The notes beneath the pieces were generated by a model that searched no databases, was not told the origin of the DNA, and was given only the letters and a program-made list of their open reading frames with translations. Shown here piece after piece: positions 35,460 to 44,396 of a stretch of DNA of 64,000 bases (its first letter is position 1; each line of letters starts with the position of its first letter). The position numbers were made by a program, and so were the translations under genes. Origin of the DNA: an uncultured bacterium (GTDB taxonomy: Bacteria; Auribacterota; UBA3054; JAPLST01); NCBI GenBank assembly GCA_964397565.1, contig CAYNJC010000007.1, forward strand, positions 5,005 through 69,004, given 5' to 3'.

Positions 35460-36122
35460 ATGAAAAACATGTGGAAACGCGCGGAGTGCATTCTTGAACA
35501 ATGTGGCTGCCTGCTGCTTTTGTTTTTTGTGTGTGGCTGCTCTAAAAAGCCTGACTACAACGCTGCTCTTGTTCAGTTGGCAAGCACAGCATCGTTTCAT
35601 ACGGTCATTAAGGCGGTGAACATAAGTGCAGGCGCCGTCGCCGCGCTGCAGGTACTGCGTGAGCGCTGCCTGACACGCGAGCAATCGAACATAGTCATTT
35701 CGGCGCTTGTGCGCAGCATGGTTCGTTCGGAAATGTACGAAGCAGCACTCGCGCAACACGAAAAGATATCGACCAATTACACCTCGCGGTTAGAAGAGAA
35801 CTTTGCATTACAGGCCGACTATTCCTGCGCACGGGCGCTTTTTGAACTGAGAAGACTGGATGCAGCGATCACGCAATGCCAAGCGATTATCAATGCACCA
35901 ACGCACTATGAACAACAATGGACGTTCAAGGTGAACGCACAGCAGATAGAAGTTAAATGCAGGCTTCTCAATGAAGATTACGATGGTGCAGAGCGTATAT
36001 TGAACGAGATTGAGCAGCTTGCGGGAGAAGAATACATGCCCTTCCGCGTGTGGGCAACGGACGTGCGAGGTGACATGCAAGCGTATCGTGCAGAATTACT
36101 AAAGACCGGCAAAACATACTAA
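35460..36122 (+). CDS. hypothetical lipoprotein (helical/TPR-like), low-GC patch
   Basis: From ATG 35460: MKNMWKRAECILEQCGCLLLLFFVCGCSKKPD, a signal peptide with a possible lipobox VCGC. Region 35.34-36.13 kb is visibly AT-richer than its surroundings. No family recognised. Confidence 0.55.
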   Translation: MKNMWKRAECILEQCGCLLLLFFVCGCSKKPDYNAALVQLASTASFHTVIKAVNISAGAVAALQVLRERCLTREQSNIVISALVRSMVRSEMYEAALAQHEKISTNYTSRLEENFALQADYSCARALFELRRLDAAITQCQAIINAPTHYEQQWTFKVNAQQIEVKCRLLNEDYDGAERILNEIEQLAGEEYMPFRVWATDVRGDMQAYRAELLKTGKTY

Positions 36123-36198
36123 GGATGCGGCGGTGTGAGCGGTGCCATCACATGTCTGGTTGCGGATTTTGCTACACTATGATTATAGGAGACGTTTT

Positions 36199-36873
36199 AT
36201 GCAGAATCAAGGCAAATTGTGCTTGTTGCTGTACGGTGCCGGCGGCCACGCGGCAGTGGTCGAGTCGGCGGTCATTAAAGGCAGTGATTATTTCATTTTT
36301 GAAATTCTGGATGATGGCAAACCGCCTGGGACACGACTGGTGCACGGCAAAGTGCTGGGCGGGCGCAAATATCTTTCCGCATTTCACGCCGACGGGATTC
36401 GCTATGTGCACGTGGCGATCGGTGACAACGCGACGCGCGAACGCGTGGTCGGGGTTCTGGAGCAGACGGGGTTTGTGTACGTGACCGTGCGGCATCCGGC
36501 GGCACTGGTGGAAGAGGGCGCGCTGATTGAGAGCGGCGCGTTTCTGGCGGCGGGCTGCATTGTCGGCGCCCGGACGCACATCGGCCGCGGCTGCATCGTC
36601 AACACGGCCGCGGCGGTTGACCACGATTGCGACGTGGGCGCGTTTGCGCATGTCTGTCCGGGCGCACAACTGGCGGGCGACGTTACCATCGGCGCACGCG
36701 CGTTCATTGGCACTGGCGCGGTGATAATTCCCGGTATAACCATTGGTGACGATGCCATCATCGGTGCCGGCGCGGTGGTCATTCGGCATGTGCCGGCTGG
36801 CCGGACAGTAGTGGGCAATCCGGCGCGGGTGGTCAAACCGCGCGGCGCGCAAGCAGTGGACACGCAGACATAG
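36199..36873 (+). CDS. NeuD/PglB-type sugar O-/N-acyltransferase (left-handed beta-helix, hexapeptide repeats)
   Basis: From ATG 36199 (AGGAG at 36187-36191): the N-terminal Rossmann-like segment LLLYGAGGHAAVV is followed by hexapeptide repeats IGRGCIVNTAAAVDHDCDVGAFAHVCPGAQLAGDVTIGARAFIGTGAVIIPGITIGDDAIIGAGAVV. Confidence 0.75.
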   Translation: MQNQGKLCLLLYGAGGHAAVVESAVIKGSDYFIFEILDDGKPPGTRLVHGKVLGGRKYLSAFHADGIRYVHVAIGDNATRERVVGVLEQTGFVYVTVRHPAALVEEGALIESGAFLAAGCIVGARTHIGRGCIVNTAAAVDHDCDVGAFAHVCPGAQLAGDVTIGARAFIGTGAVIIPGITIGDDAIIGAGAVVIRHVPAGRTVVGNPARVVKPRGAQAVDTQT

Positions 36874-36969
36874 TCACGATCGCTGCAGATGCGCGACACG
36901 GAGGTCGCTCCCACGTTCAGCTGCCGTGCAGAGGCGCCGGGACCAGGAAGGAACGAGTGGCGCTTTTTA

Positions 36970-36978
36970 TGTTATACT
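36970..36978 (+). promoter_or_regulatory. putative extended -10 (TGTTATACT) only 9 nt before the M14 start codon
   Basis: TGTTATACT lies at 36970-36978 and the ATG at 36988. There is no Shine-Dalgarno in the 9-nt gap (AGTATCAAG), so this may be a leaderless or near-leaderless mRNA. Confidence 0.35.
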
Positions 36979-36987
36979 AGTATCAAG

Positions 36988-39225
36988 ATGATTACGACAA
37001 CGACAAAACGACTGGTGTTGAGCGGCTTGGTACTGGTGGTCGGGCTGTTGGCGCACCGCGCGCAGGGTGCGGAGGACAAAACTCTGGTGCGGTTGGAAGC
37101 GCCTACCCCCGCGCTGCTCGCCACGCTGCAGAAAGAGGGCCATGACATTGCTGCCTATCGGCCCGGCAAGTTTTTAGATCTGGTCGTGACCGCCAAAGAA
37201 CGTATAGCGCTGGAAGCACGCGGCCTCACGCCGATACTGCGCAGAACAACGGATGACGTGCGTCGCAATCTTGGCCTGGCGCCGCTGGCCTTGCCGGGCT
37301 ATCGCAGTTACGCGACGGTGCGCGCCGAATTAATCGCGCTGACGGCGGCATATCCGAGCATCACCGCACTGTACGACATTGGCGACAGTCGCGGCAAAGA
37401 GTATGCAACCAACGGCATGGCGGGCTACACTGCGTATCAGCATGATCTGTGGGCGCTGAAAGTGTCGGACAATCCGCAGGTTGAGGAAGACGAGCCGAGC
37501 ATATTCTACTTGGGCGCACACCACGCGCGCGAGCCGATCGGCACGGAAATCGTGATGACCTTACTCAATCTTCTCTTGACGAATTATGGGCATGCTGCGG
37601 CGTGGACGGCCGACGTGACCAACAAACAGATTTGGTTTGTACCGATCGTCAATCCGGACGGGCACAAAATCGTGTACGACGGCAGTGATGTCTGGTGGCG
37701 CAAGAACATTCGCGACAACAATAGCAGCGGCGGATGGAGCAGCGGCGACGGCGTCGATCCAAATCGCAATTACGGCTTTGGGTGGGGCGGCGCCGGCGCG
37801 TCGGCATCGCCGTTTGATGAAACCTATCGCGGGCCGTCGGCGTTTTCCGAGCCGGAGACGCGCGCCGTGAAGGCGTTGGTGGATGCGCACCCGTTTGTGG
37901 CCGGCATTACCTATCACAGTTACAGCGAATTGGTGCTGTTCCCGTATGGGTATGCCACTGGTGTAAGCGCGCCGGATGACGCGGCCTTGCGTGAGCTGGC
38001 GGTGCGCATGGCTCTATCGATTCCCGGACAAAATGGCGGCACCTATACGCCGCAAGTCTCGTGGGAATTATACGCCGCATCCGGCGTGACCGATGACTAT
38101 GCCTATGGCCAGCGTGGCGTATTCTGTTATACCATCGAGGTCGCTGCCAATGAGTTCATCCCGCCGGCGGCGCAGGTGCCGGGCATTTGCCAGAACAACA
38201 TTGCCGCGGCCGTCGCGCTGTTGCGCCGCGTGGACAGCGCGACCTTGACGGGGCGCATCCGTGACGCAGCCAACGCGGCGCCGCTGTGCGCCAGCGTGTA
38301 TGTGCACGGGGTGGACAACACCGGCGCGTATCGCACGCCCTACACGGCTGAACAAACCTTTGGGCGGTATCACCGTTTGCTGACCACGGGCGTATATGCC
38401 GTGACCTATGCCTGCTTTGGTTATCGCAGTGTGCAGACCAATGCGGTCATCCGCGCGACCGGGCAGACCGTCATTGATCTGGACCTGGCCAGCGCGCCGC
38501 GGTGGACGCTGGCAGGGGTGGTGCGCAATGCGGATACGCAGGTGCTGGTGACCAACGCACTCGTGCTGGTGACCAACGCGCCAGTGGCCGCGGTGCGGAC
38601 AGACAGTGGCGGCGCCTTTAGTATGACCAATATACCGCAAGGCCCGTACGCCTTGCGCATCAGTGCGCCGGGCTATGCCGCGATCTGTGCGCCCGTCAGC
38701 GTGGGCGACAGTGACACCAACGTACTCATCGCGCTGCACGATAACATCAATGAGTCCTTTGAGCAAGGCGGATTCAATGGCCTGTGGACCTTTGGCGGCA
38801 ACACGCCATGGACGATCACCAGCGCCCAGCATGCGGACGGCGCCTATGCTGCGCGCTCGGGCGTGATTGGTGACAATCAAAGTTCAAGCATCGCGACGAC
38901 GTTCGACGTGGTGCAACAGAGTGACGTGTCGTTCTACCTGAAAACCTCGACCGAGAGCGGCTATGACTACCTGCGCTTTCTGGTGGACGGCGTCGAGCGC
39001 GCGAAATGGGCAGGCGAGACTCCCTGGCAGCAGGTGCAATATCAGATCAGCACGGGCATGCACACCTTCACCTGGCAGTACAGCAAAGATGCTAACACGG
39101 TGAGTGGCGCGGATGCCGCCTGGCTTGATGTGATTGCATTTCCGGTGGGCGTGCCGGAGCCGTCCGGGCTACTGGCGGCCGCACTGGTGCTGTGGCTGCG
39201 CAGGTATAAATGCACGTTCCAGTAG
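36988..39225 (+). CDS. secreted M14 zinc carboxypeptidase with CarboxypepD_reg-like domains and PEP-CTERM anchor
   Basis: Signal peptide MITTTTKRLVLSGLVLVVGLLAHRAQG. M14 motifs: GAHHAREPIG (HxxE), NPDG, VDPNRNY, ITYHSYSE, YTIEVA. Two regulatory-like beta domains are present (LTGRIRDA..., LAGVVRNA...GPYALRISAPGYA). The C-terminus is GVPEPSGLLAAALVLWLRRYK. Confidence 0.85.
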   Translation: MITTTTKRLVLSGLVLVVGLLAHRAQGAEDKTLVRLEAPTPALLATLQKEGHDIAAYRPGKFLDLVVTAKERIALEARGLTPILRRTTDDVRRNLGLAPLALPGYRSYATVRAELIALTAAYPSITALYDIGDSRGKEYATNGMAGYTAYQHDLWALKVSDNPQVEEDEPSIFYLGAHHAREPIGTEIVMTLLNLLLTNYGHAAAWTADVTNKQIWFVPIVNPDGHKIVYDGSDVWWRKNIRDNNSSGGWSSGDGVDPNRNYGFGWGGAGASASPFDETYRGPSAFSEPETRAVKALVDAHPFVAGITYHSYSELVLFPYGYATGVSAPDDAALRELAVRMALSIPGQNGGTYTPQVSWELYAASGVTDDYAYGQRGVFCYTIEVAANEFIPPAAQVPGICQNNIAAAVALLRRVDSATLTGRIRDAANAAPLCASVYVHGVDNTGAYRTPYTAEQTFGRYHRLLTTGVYAVTYACFGYRSVQTNAVIRATGQTVIDLDLASAPRWTLAGVVRNADTQVLVTNALVLVTNAPVAAVRTDSGGAFSMTNIPQGPYALRISAPGYAAICAPVSVGDSDTNVLIALHDNINESFEQGGFNGLWTFGGNTPWTITSAQHADGAYAARSGVIGDNQSSSIATTFDVVQQSDVSFYLKTSTESGYDYLRFLVDGVERAKWAGETPWQQVQYQISTGMHTFTWQYSKDANTVSGADAAWLDVIAFPVGVPEPSGLLAAALVLWLRRYKCTFQ

Positions 39226-39300
39226 TGCGTCTGAGAGACCGCATTCGATCCCTGTCGGCAGCGCATCTCACGCCGCGCTGCACTATGCCATCGCGCAAAA

Positions 39301-39309
39301 TGCTATACT
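39301..39309 (+). promoter_or_regulatory. putative extended -10 (TGCTATACT) for the 39.3-47.4 kb coupled block
   Basis: TGCTATACT, 37 nt upstream of ATG 39346. Confidence 0.4.
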
Positions 39310-39345
39310 AGGCAGGCCACGTTATCATGTACCGAAGGGTGCAGT

Positions 39346-40191
39346 ATGCATGATCGAACACGCGTTGTCTGCAGTGCCGTGCTGTGGCTGGCAGCTTGTT
39401 GCAGCCACGTCTTTGCGGCCCTCGCGCCGGAGTACACCAACGCCTGCCAGTGGGCGTCAAATCCCAGCAACCTGCCGATCGCGCAGAGCTTGGCGTGGAT
39501 TTGGACCACCAATCACGAGCCAAACACAGCGCTGGTGTGGACCAACACGCGGGTGAAAGTCGTGACCTGGACGCGCTTCTCGAATTCGTTCGCGCCGTAT
39601 GCCGGCACCGGCCAGCTCGTCTCGAACTACTGGGACATGATGTGGGTGACGGTCGCGCCGGAGTTGTACGATTTCTTTGCCGACACCAACCGCTATCCCG
39701 TGCCGATTGACATTGTCGACGCCAAGCTGCGCATCGAACAGTTGTTGGGCGTCTACAATGATTCACTGAATGTGGCATTTGCGGAAGTGTGGGCGCGACC
39801 GGAAGATTTATTCCGCCCGAGTCGCGCTGCCGAAATCACCACGGCCAGCACGGGTGTTGACTGGCCCGCGCCGCTGCAGACGCCGCCGGGCTTTGCCAGC
39901 GCCGACGCGTATGTCGCCTGGTTCACCAATCGGGCCGCGACCGTCTACACCGATCCATATCCGTTCCCGTGGACGCAGTTGGGCTACACCTATGACTGGT
40001 GCCCGGCCAGCACGACCGTGATCGGTATCAGCGAATATGTGCTCAAGAAAAATGCGGAATACTATGTCGCGACGACCTGCGACACGCTCGACTATATTCC
40101 GACCAGTCCGGAGCCGGGCATGCTGGCGGGCATTGCGCTGGTGGTCTGGCGGTGCGCGCGGCGCGGCGGCGCCATGCGGGAGAACGCGTGA
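39346..40191 (+). CDS. hypothetical secreted PEP-CTERM protein
   Basis: Signal peptide MHDRTRVVCSAVLWLAACCSHVFA. The C-terminus is TSPEPGMLAGIALVVWRCARRG (PEP motif, TM, Arg). Its stop overlaps the next start (GTGA, 40188-40191). No family recognised. Confidence 0.75.
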   Translation: MHDRTRVVCSAVLWLAACCSHVFAALAPEYTNACQWASNPSNLPIAQSLAWIWTTNHEPNTALVWTNTRVKVVTWTRFSNSFAPYAGTGQLVSNYWDMMWVTVAPELYDFFADTNRYPVPIDIVDAKLRIEQLLGVYNDSLNVAFAEVWARPEDLFRPSRAAEITTASTGVDWPAPLQTPPGFASADAYVAWFTNRAATVYTDPYPFPWTQLGYTYDWCPASTTVIGISEYVLKKNAEYYVATTCDTLDYIPTSPEPGMLAGIALVVWRCARRGGAMRENA

Positions 40192-41471
40192 GCGGCGTCG
40201 AGCGCACACTCTGGCGGGTCGTGCAGCGGCTGGCGCTGGGCGTTGCGCTGATTAGTGGCTGTGCAGTGCTGTTACTGCTGTCCGACTGGCGCGGGCGCGC
40301 GGCGCGCCGCTCCGCGGTGCCGCGCGTGGCCCTATTTGTTTTTGCCAGCCGGCCGATCATGGAGGAATGCGAACGCGGGTGTCTCGAAGCGCTGGCGGCG
40401 CGTGGCTACCGCGCGGGCGAGACCATGCAGCTGCAACGCTTCAACGCCGAAAGCGATCTGCCGACCGCGAGCACGATCGCCAAGGGGATTGCGGACGCGC
40501 GGGTCACCGCCGTGATCACCTTCAGCACGCCCTGCCTGCAAGCGATGGCGGCCTGCAATCGCGACGGGCTTGTGCCCCATGTGTTCGGTGCCGTCACGGA
40601 TCCGTATGCATCGGGCGTTGGGCTTGATCGTGCGCAGCCGGCGGCCCATCCGTCCTGGCTCACCGGCGTCGGCACCTTTCAGCCGGTGCGCGAGGCGTTC
40701 CGGTTGGCGCGCCAGATGCGGCCCGCGCTACGCTGTGTCGGCGTGGTGTGGTGTACGTCCGAGACGTGCTCGGAAGCGTGTCTGCGCGTGGCGCGCGACG
40801 AATGCCGCGTGCTGGGGATCACGCTGCTGGAAGCGCCAATTACCAGCTCGATTGAAGTGCCCGACGCGGCCAAGGCACTGGTGGCGCGCGGCGCCGAGGC
40901 GCTATGGATTGGCGGTGACAACATTGTCGAGATGGCCGCGCGGGCGATGATTGAGGTTGGCCGTGTCGCCCGGATTCCTGTCTTTGCCAATGCGCCTGGA
41001 CATGCCGCAATAGGCGCGCTGTTCGGGCTCGGCGCCGATTATGTCGAGGTCGGGCGCATTACCGGCAACGTCGCGGCCGATGTGCTGGATGGCGGTGCGT
41101 TGGCGGCGATGCCGGTCCGCGAGGGTGTGCCCCAGCAATTGGCGCTGAACACCGACGTGCCGGCGCTGCTGCGTGACCTGTGGCGGATCCCGTCGAATGT
41201 GCTGGCCGCGGCCGCCATCGTGATCGGCAGCAACCAAGTGGTGCGCGGGCCGGCGCTGGTAGAACAAAAGGGCGCCGTGTCGAATGCGCAGATGCTGGTG
41301 ACGAACGTGCCAGTGGCCGCGGCGCGGATAGACACTGGCGGCGTTGCTGCCGGGCCTCATTCACTCAAGAGATATTGCACGTTGCCGGAATTGTACGGGT
41401 TCTCTGCCGACACCAAGTTTGCCAGTGCCGACGCGTTTGTCGCCTGGTTCACCAAGCGGGACAACGCATGA
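40188..41471 (+). CDS. ABC transporter substrate-binding lipoprotein (PF04392/COG2984-like), single-domain paralog with mosaic C-terminal tail
   Basis: GTG start at 40188. Lipoprotein signal RLALGVALISGC. It is about 88-90% identical at the protein level (by eye) to residues 1-365 of the next gene. The last ~60 aa (MLVTNVPVAAARIDTGG...PELYGFSADTKFASADAFVAWFTKRDNA) are copied fragments of the upstream genes. Confidence 0.8.
   Translation: MSGVERTLWRVVQRLALGVALISGCAVLLLLSDWRGRAARRSAVPRVALFVFASRPIMEECERGCLEALAARGYRAGETMQLQRFNAESDLPTASTIAKGIADARVTAVITFSTPCLQAMAACNRDGLVPHVFGAVTDPYASGVGLDRAQPAAHPSWLTGVGTFQPVREAFRLARQMRPALRCVGVVWCTSETCSEACLRVARDECRVLGITLLEAPITSSIEVPDAAKALVARGAEALWIGGDNIVEMAARAMIEVGRVARIPVFANAPGHAAIGALFGLGADYVEVGRITGNVAADVLDGGALAAMPVREGVPQQLALNTDVPALLRDLWRIPSNVLAAAAIVIGSNQVVRGPALVEQKGAVSNAQMLVTNVPVAAARIDTGGVAAGPHSLKRYCTLPELYGFSADTKFASADAFVAWFTKRDNA
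41289..41467 (+). repeat. collinear relic fragments of the M14 and PEP-CTERM genes (decayed second copy of a tandem duplication)
   Basis: 41289-41345 resembles 38560-38615 (M14 gene). 41382-41417 resembles 39655-39690, and 41415-41460 resembles 39889-39934 (both PEP-CTERM gene). 41456-41485 resembles 40176-40205 (the gene junction). The fragments keep the source order and stay in frame with the SBP ORF. Confidence 0.8.
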
Positions 41472-43498
41472 GCGCAGTCGAGCGCACCATCTGGCGGGTC
41501 GTGCAGCGGTTGGCGCTGGGCGTTGCGTTGATCAGTGGCTGTGCGACCGTGCTGCTGTTGTCCGACTGGCGCGGGCGCGCGGCCCGGCGCACGGCGGTGC
41601 CACGCGTGGCCGTATTCGCCTTTTCCAGCCGGCCAGTTATGGAGGAAAGTGTGCGTGGGTGTCTTGAAGCGCTGGCGGCGCGCGGCTACCGTGCGGGCGA
41701 GACTATGCAGTTACAGCGCTTCAACCCCGAAAGCGATCTGCCGACTGCAAACACGATCGCCAAGGGGATTGTGGACGCGCGTGTTGCCGTCGTGATCACG
41801 TTTGGCACGCCGTGTTTGCAGGTTATGGCGGCCAGTAATCGGAACGGACAAGTGCCGCATGTGTTTGGCGCGGTCACGGATCCCTACGCCGCCGGCGTCG
41901 GGCTTGATCGCGCGCCGCCGGCGGCCCACCCGCCCTGGCTCACCGGCATCGGCACCTTTGAGCCGGTGCGCGAGACGTTCCGGCTGGCGCGCCAGCTGCG
42001 GCCCGCGCTGCAGTGTGTCGGCGTGGTGTGGTGTACATCCGAGACGTGCTCGGAAGCGTGTCTGCGCGTGGCGCGCGACGAATGCCGCGTACTGGGAATC
42101 ACGTTGCTGGAAGCGCCGATTACCAGCTCGATCGAAGTGCCCGACGCGGCCAAGGCACTGGTGGCGCGTGGCGCCGAAGCATTATGGATGGGCGGCGACA
42201 ACATCGTCGAAGTGGCCGCGCCTGCGCTGATTGAGGTCGGCCGCGTCGCGCAGATTCCCGTCTTTGCCAATGTGCCCGGGCATGCCGACATTGGTGCGTT
42301 GTTCGGGCTCGGCGCCGATTTTGTCGAGGCCGGACGGATTGCCGGCAACATCGCAGCTGACGTGCTGGATGGGCGCGCGCCGGCAGATTTGCCGATCCGC
42401 GAGGGCGTGCCCCAGCAATTGGCGCTGAACACCACCGTGCCGGCGCTGCTGCGTGACCTGTGGCAAATTCCATCGAATGTGCTGGCGGCGGCCGCCATCG
42501 TGATCGGCAGCAACCAAGTGGCGCGCGCGCCGGCGTTGGTCGCGCAAGCGGCCGCCGTGACAAACGCGCCGCGCTGCTGGAACATTCATTTTCTGAACTA
42601 TGCCGAATCATCCTTGCTGGACGAGTGCCTGCAAGGATTTCAGGCCGAGCTGGCCGCGCGCGGCATCGTCACCGGCCGGCACTGCCGCATCACGCTGCGC
42701 AATGCGCAATGCCAGATGTTGAACTTGGTGACGATGGTGGATGCCGCCGTGGCGGACAACGCCGATTTGATTCTGGTAACCTCGACACCAACCTTGCAGG
42801 CAACCCTGAAAAGAGCCGGCCGGGTGCCGGTGCTGTTCACGGTGGTGGCCAATCCGTTTCTGGCGGGCGTCGGCACGGATGTGAGCAATCATCTGCCGAC
42901 GGTGACGGGTATTTCGACCATGAGCGATTTCGCCGGCATGGCGGCAGTGGTGCGCGAGTGTCTGCCGCATGCCACCCGGGTCGGCACGCTGTTTTCGAGC
43001 AACGAAGACAACTGCGTGTACAACAAGGACATGCTGGCGGCAGCGCTGCGCAACGTGGGCATCAGTCTGGATGCGGTCGCGGTGTCAACCAGCGCCGAGG
43101 TAGCGGACGCCGCCCTGGCGTTGAGCGGCCGTGGTATTGACGCGATCTGCCAGGTGGTCGGCAACATGCTGGATGCGTCGTTCGCGGGTATCACTCTTGC
43201 GGCCCGGCGCGCGCGCCTGCCGCTGTTCGCGTTTGCGACCAGTCAGGCGCGGGACGGCGGCGCGGCGGTGGCGGTCGCCCGCGATTATGCCGCAGCGGGC
43301 CGTCAACTGGCGCGGCTCACGCAGCGCGTCATGCAGGGGGAGGCGCCCGCACACATGCCGATCGAGTATGTCGCGACAACCGTGGTGAGCGTGCATCCCG
43401 ACAATGCCGCGGCCTGCGGCCTGATGTTGCCGGCGAGTTTGCGCGAGCGCGCGGACAACGTGTTCGGCGTGCCGGAGGAGACGCATGTTGCGCATTGA
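41468..43498 (+). CDS. ABC transporter substrate-binding lipoprotein with two tandem PF04392-like domains
   Basis: ATG 41468 (ATGA overlap). The same lipobox ALISGC is present. Domain 1 (about 1-365) is the paralog of the upstream gene. Domain 2 (WNIHFLNYAESSLLDECLQGF...DLILVTSTPTLQA...VPVLFTVVANPFLAGV...TGIST...LPLFAF...) is a divergent second copy of the fold. 676 aa. Confidence 0.8.
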   Translation: MSAVERTIWRVVQRLALGVALISGCATVLLLSDWRGRAARRTAVPRVAVFAFSSRPVMEESVRGCLEALAARGYRAGETMQLQRFNPESDLPTANTIAKGIVDARVAVVITFGTPCLQVMAASNRNGQVPHVFGAVTDPYAAGVGLDRAPPAAHPPWLTGIGTFEPVRETFRLARQLRPALQCVGVVWCTSETCSEACLRVARDECRVLGITLLEAPITSSIEVPDAAKALVARGAEALWMGGDNIVEVAAPALIEVGRVAQIPVFANVPGHADIGALFGLGADFVEAGRIAGNIAADVLDGRAPADLPIREGVPQQLALNTTVPALLRDLWQIPSNVLAAAAIVIGSNQVARAPALVAQAAAVTNAPRCWNIHFLNYAESSLLDECLQGFQAELAARGIVTGRHCRITLRNAQCQMLNLVTMVDAAVADNADLILVTSTPTLQATLKRAGRVPVLFTVVANPFLAGVGTDVSNHLPTVTGISTMSDFAGMAAVVRECLPHATRVGTLFSSNEDNCVYNKDMLAAALRNVGISLDAVAVSTSAEVADAALALSGRGIDAICQVVGNMLDASFAGITLAARRARLPLFAFATSQARDGGAAVAVARDYAAAGRQLARLTQRVMQGEAPAHMPIEYVATTVVSVHPDNAAACGLMLPASLRERADNVFGVPEETHVAH

Positions 43499-44318
43499 TC
43501 ACATGACTGCGGCCGACGTCGCCTTGGCGCTGGACTGGGCGGCGCGCGAAGGCTGGAATCCAGGATTGCAGGACGCCGTCTGCTTTCACGCGGCGGATCC
43601 GCAGGGCTTTTTCGTAGCGCGCGAGGCGGGACGGGTCGTGGGCTTTATCTCCGCCGTTGCCTACGATGCCGCCTTTGGCTTCATCGGCTTGTATATTGTG
43701 GCGCCGGATTGCCGCGGCAGGCTGGTCGGCATTCGCTTGGCCCAGCGGGCATTGGCGTATTTGGGGCAACGCATCATTGGTGTCGACGGCGTCTTGCAGA
43801 AAACGAAGAATTATGTGGCGCACGGCTTCTGTCTGCAGTGCAAAAACATTCGTCACGCCGGCGTGTTGCCGCACGCGGCCGGCAGCGCGAATGTTGTGGC
43901 GGTGCGAGAGGTGGCGTGGGACGCACTGCTGGCGTATGACCGCCGGCATTTCCCCGCGCCGCGCGCACAGTTTTTGCAGCACTGGCTGGACGCGCCAGGG
44001 CATCATGGCTACGCCTACCTACAGGCGGATGTGGTGCGCGGCTATGGGGTGGTCCGCCCGTGCCGGACGGGCTACAAACTCGGACCACTGTTTGCCGACA
44101 GCATGGCGGTTGCCGATGCGCTGGCAGGCGTGCTGGGTGTGCACACGCAGGGCGCGATGGTGTACTTCGACACACCGGACACGAATCCCGCCGCGGTTGC
44201 GCTGGCGCGCCAGTACGGCATGCAGGAAGTGTTTGCCACGGCGCGCATGTACCGTGGTGGCCTGCCGGATCTGCCAGACAACGAGATCTTTGGCATCACC
44301 AGTTTCGAGTTGGGATGA
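43485..44318 (+). CDS. GNAT family N-acetyltransferase (two-lobed, YitH-like C-terminal extension)
   Basis: GGAGGAG SD, then MLRIDHMTAADVALALDWAAREGWNPG...VGFISAV......IGLYIVAPDCRGRLVGIRL. A second acetyltransferase-like lobe follows (YKLGPLFADS...). It overlaps the SBP gene by 14 nt. Confidence 0.7.
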   Translation: MLRIDHMTAADVALALDWAAREGWNPGLQDAVCFHAADPQGFFVAREAGRVVGFISAVAYDAAFGFIGLYIVAPDCRGRLVGIRLAQRALAYLGQRIIGVDGVLQKTKNYVAHGFCLQCKNIRHAGVLPHAAGSANVVAVREVAWDALLAYDRRHFPAPRAQFLQHWLDAPGHHGYAYLQADVVRGYGVVRPCRTGYKLGPLFADSMAVADALAGVLGVHTQGAMVYFDTPDTNPAAVALARQYGMQEVFATARMYRGGLPDLPDNEIFGITSFELG

Positions 44319-44355
44319 GCATGACGCGGCGCTTTACTTTCCACGGCCAGCACGC

Positions 44356-44388
44356 TATAATGGGCGCGCCGAGTACGGCTTTTTTTTA
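44356..44388 (+). promoter_or_regulatory. possible internal promoter (-10 TATAAT) followed by short hairpin + T8 run in the only real gap of the block
   Basis: GCTATAAT (TATAAT at 44356-44361), then GCCG-AGTA-CGGC followed by TTTTTTTT (44367-44386), with the ATG at 44397. The function (promoter, attenuator or neither) is unresolved. Confidence 0.3.
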
Positions 44389-44396
44389 CAATCCTT

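Noticed and set aside
40738-40912. Recent gene conversion between the two SBP copies (57 identical residues)
   Set aside because: The nucleotide sequences differ at about 10 synonymous sites across the stretch (for example acg/aca, gtg/gta, ctg/ttg, att/atc). The identity therefore reflects purifying selection rather than a recent conversion tract.
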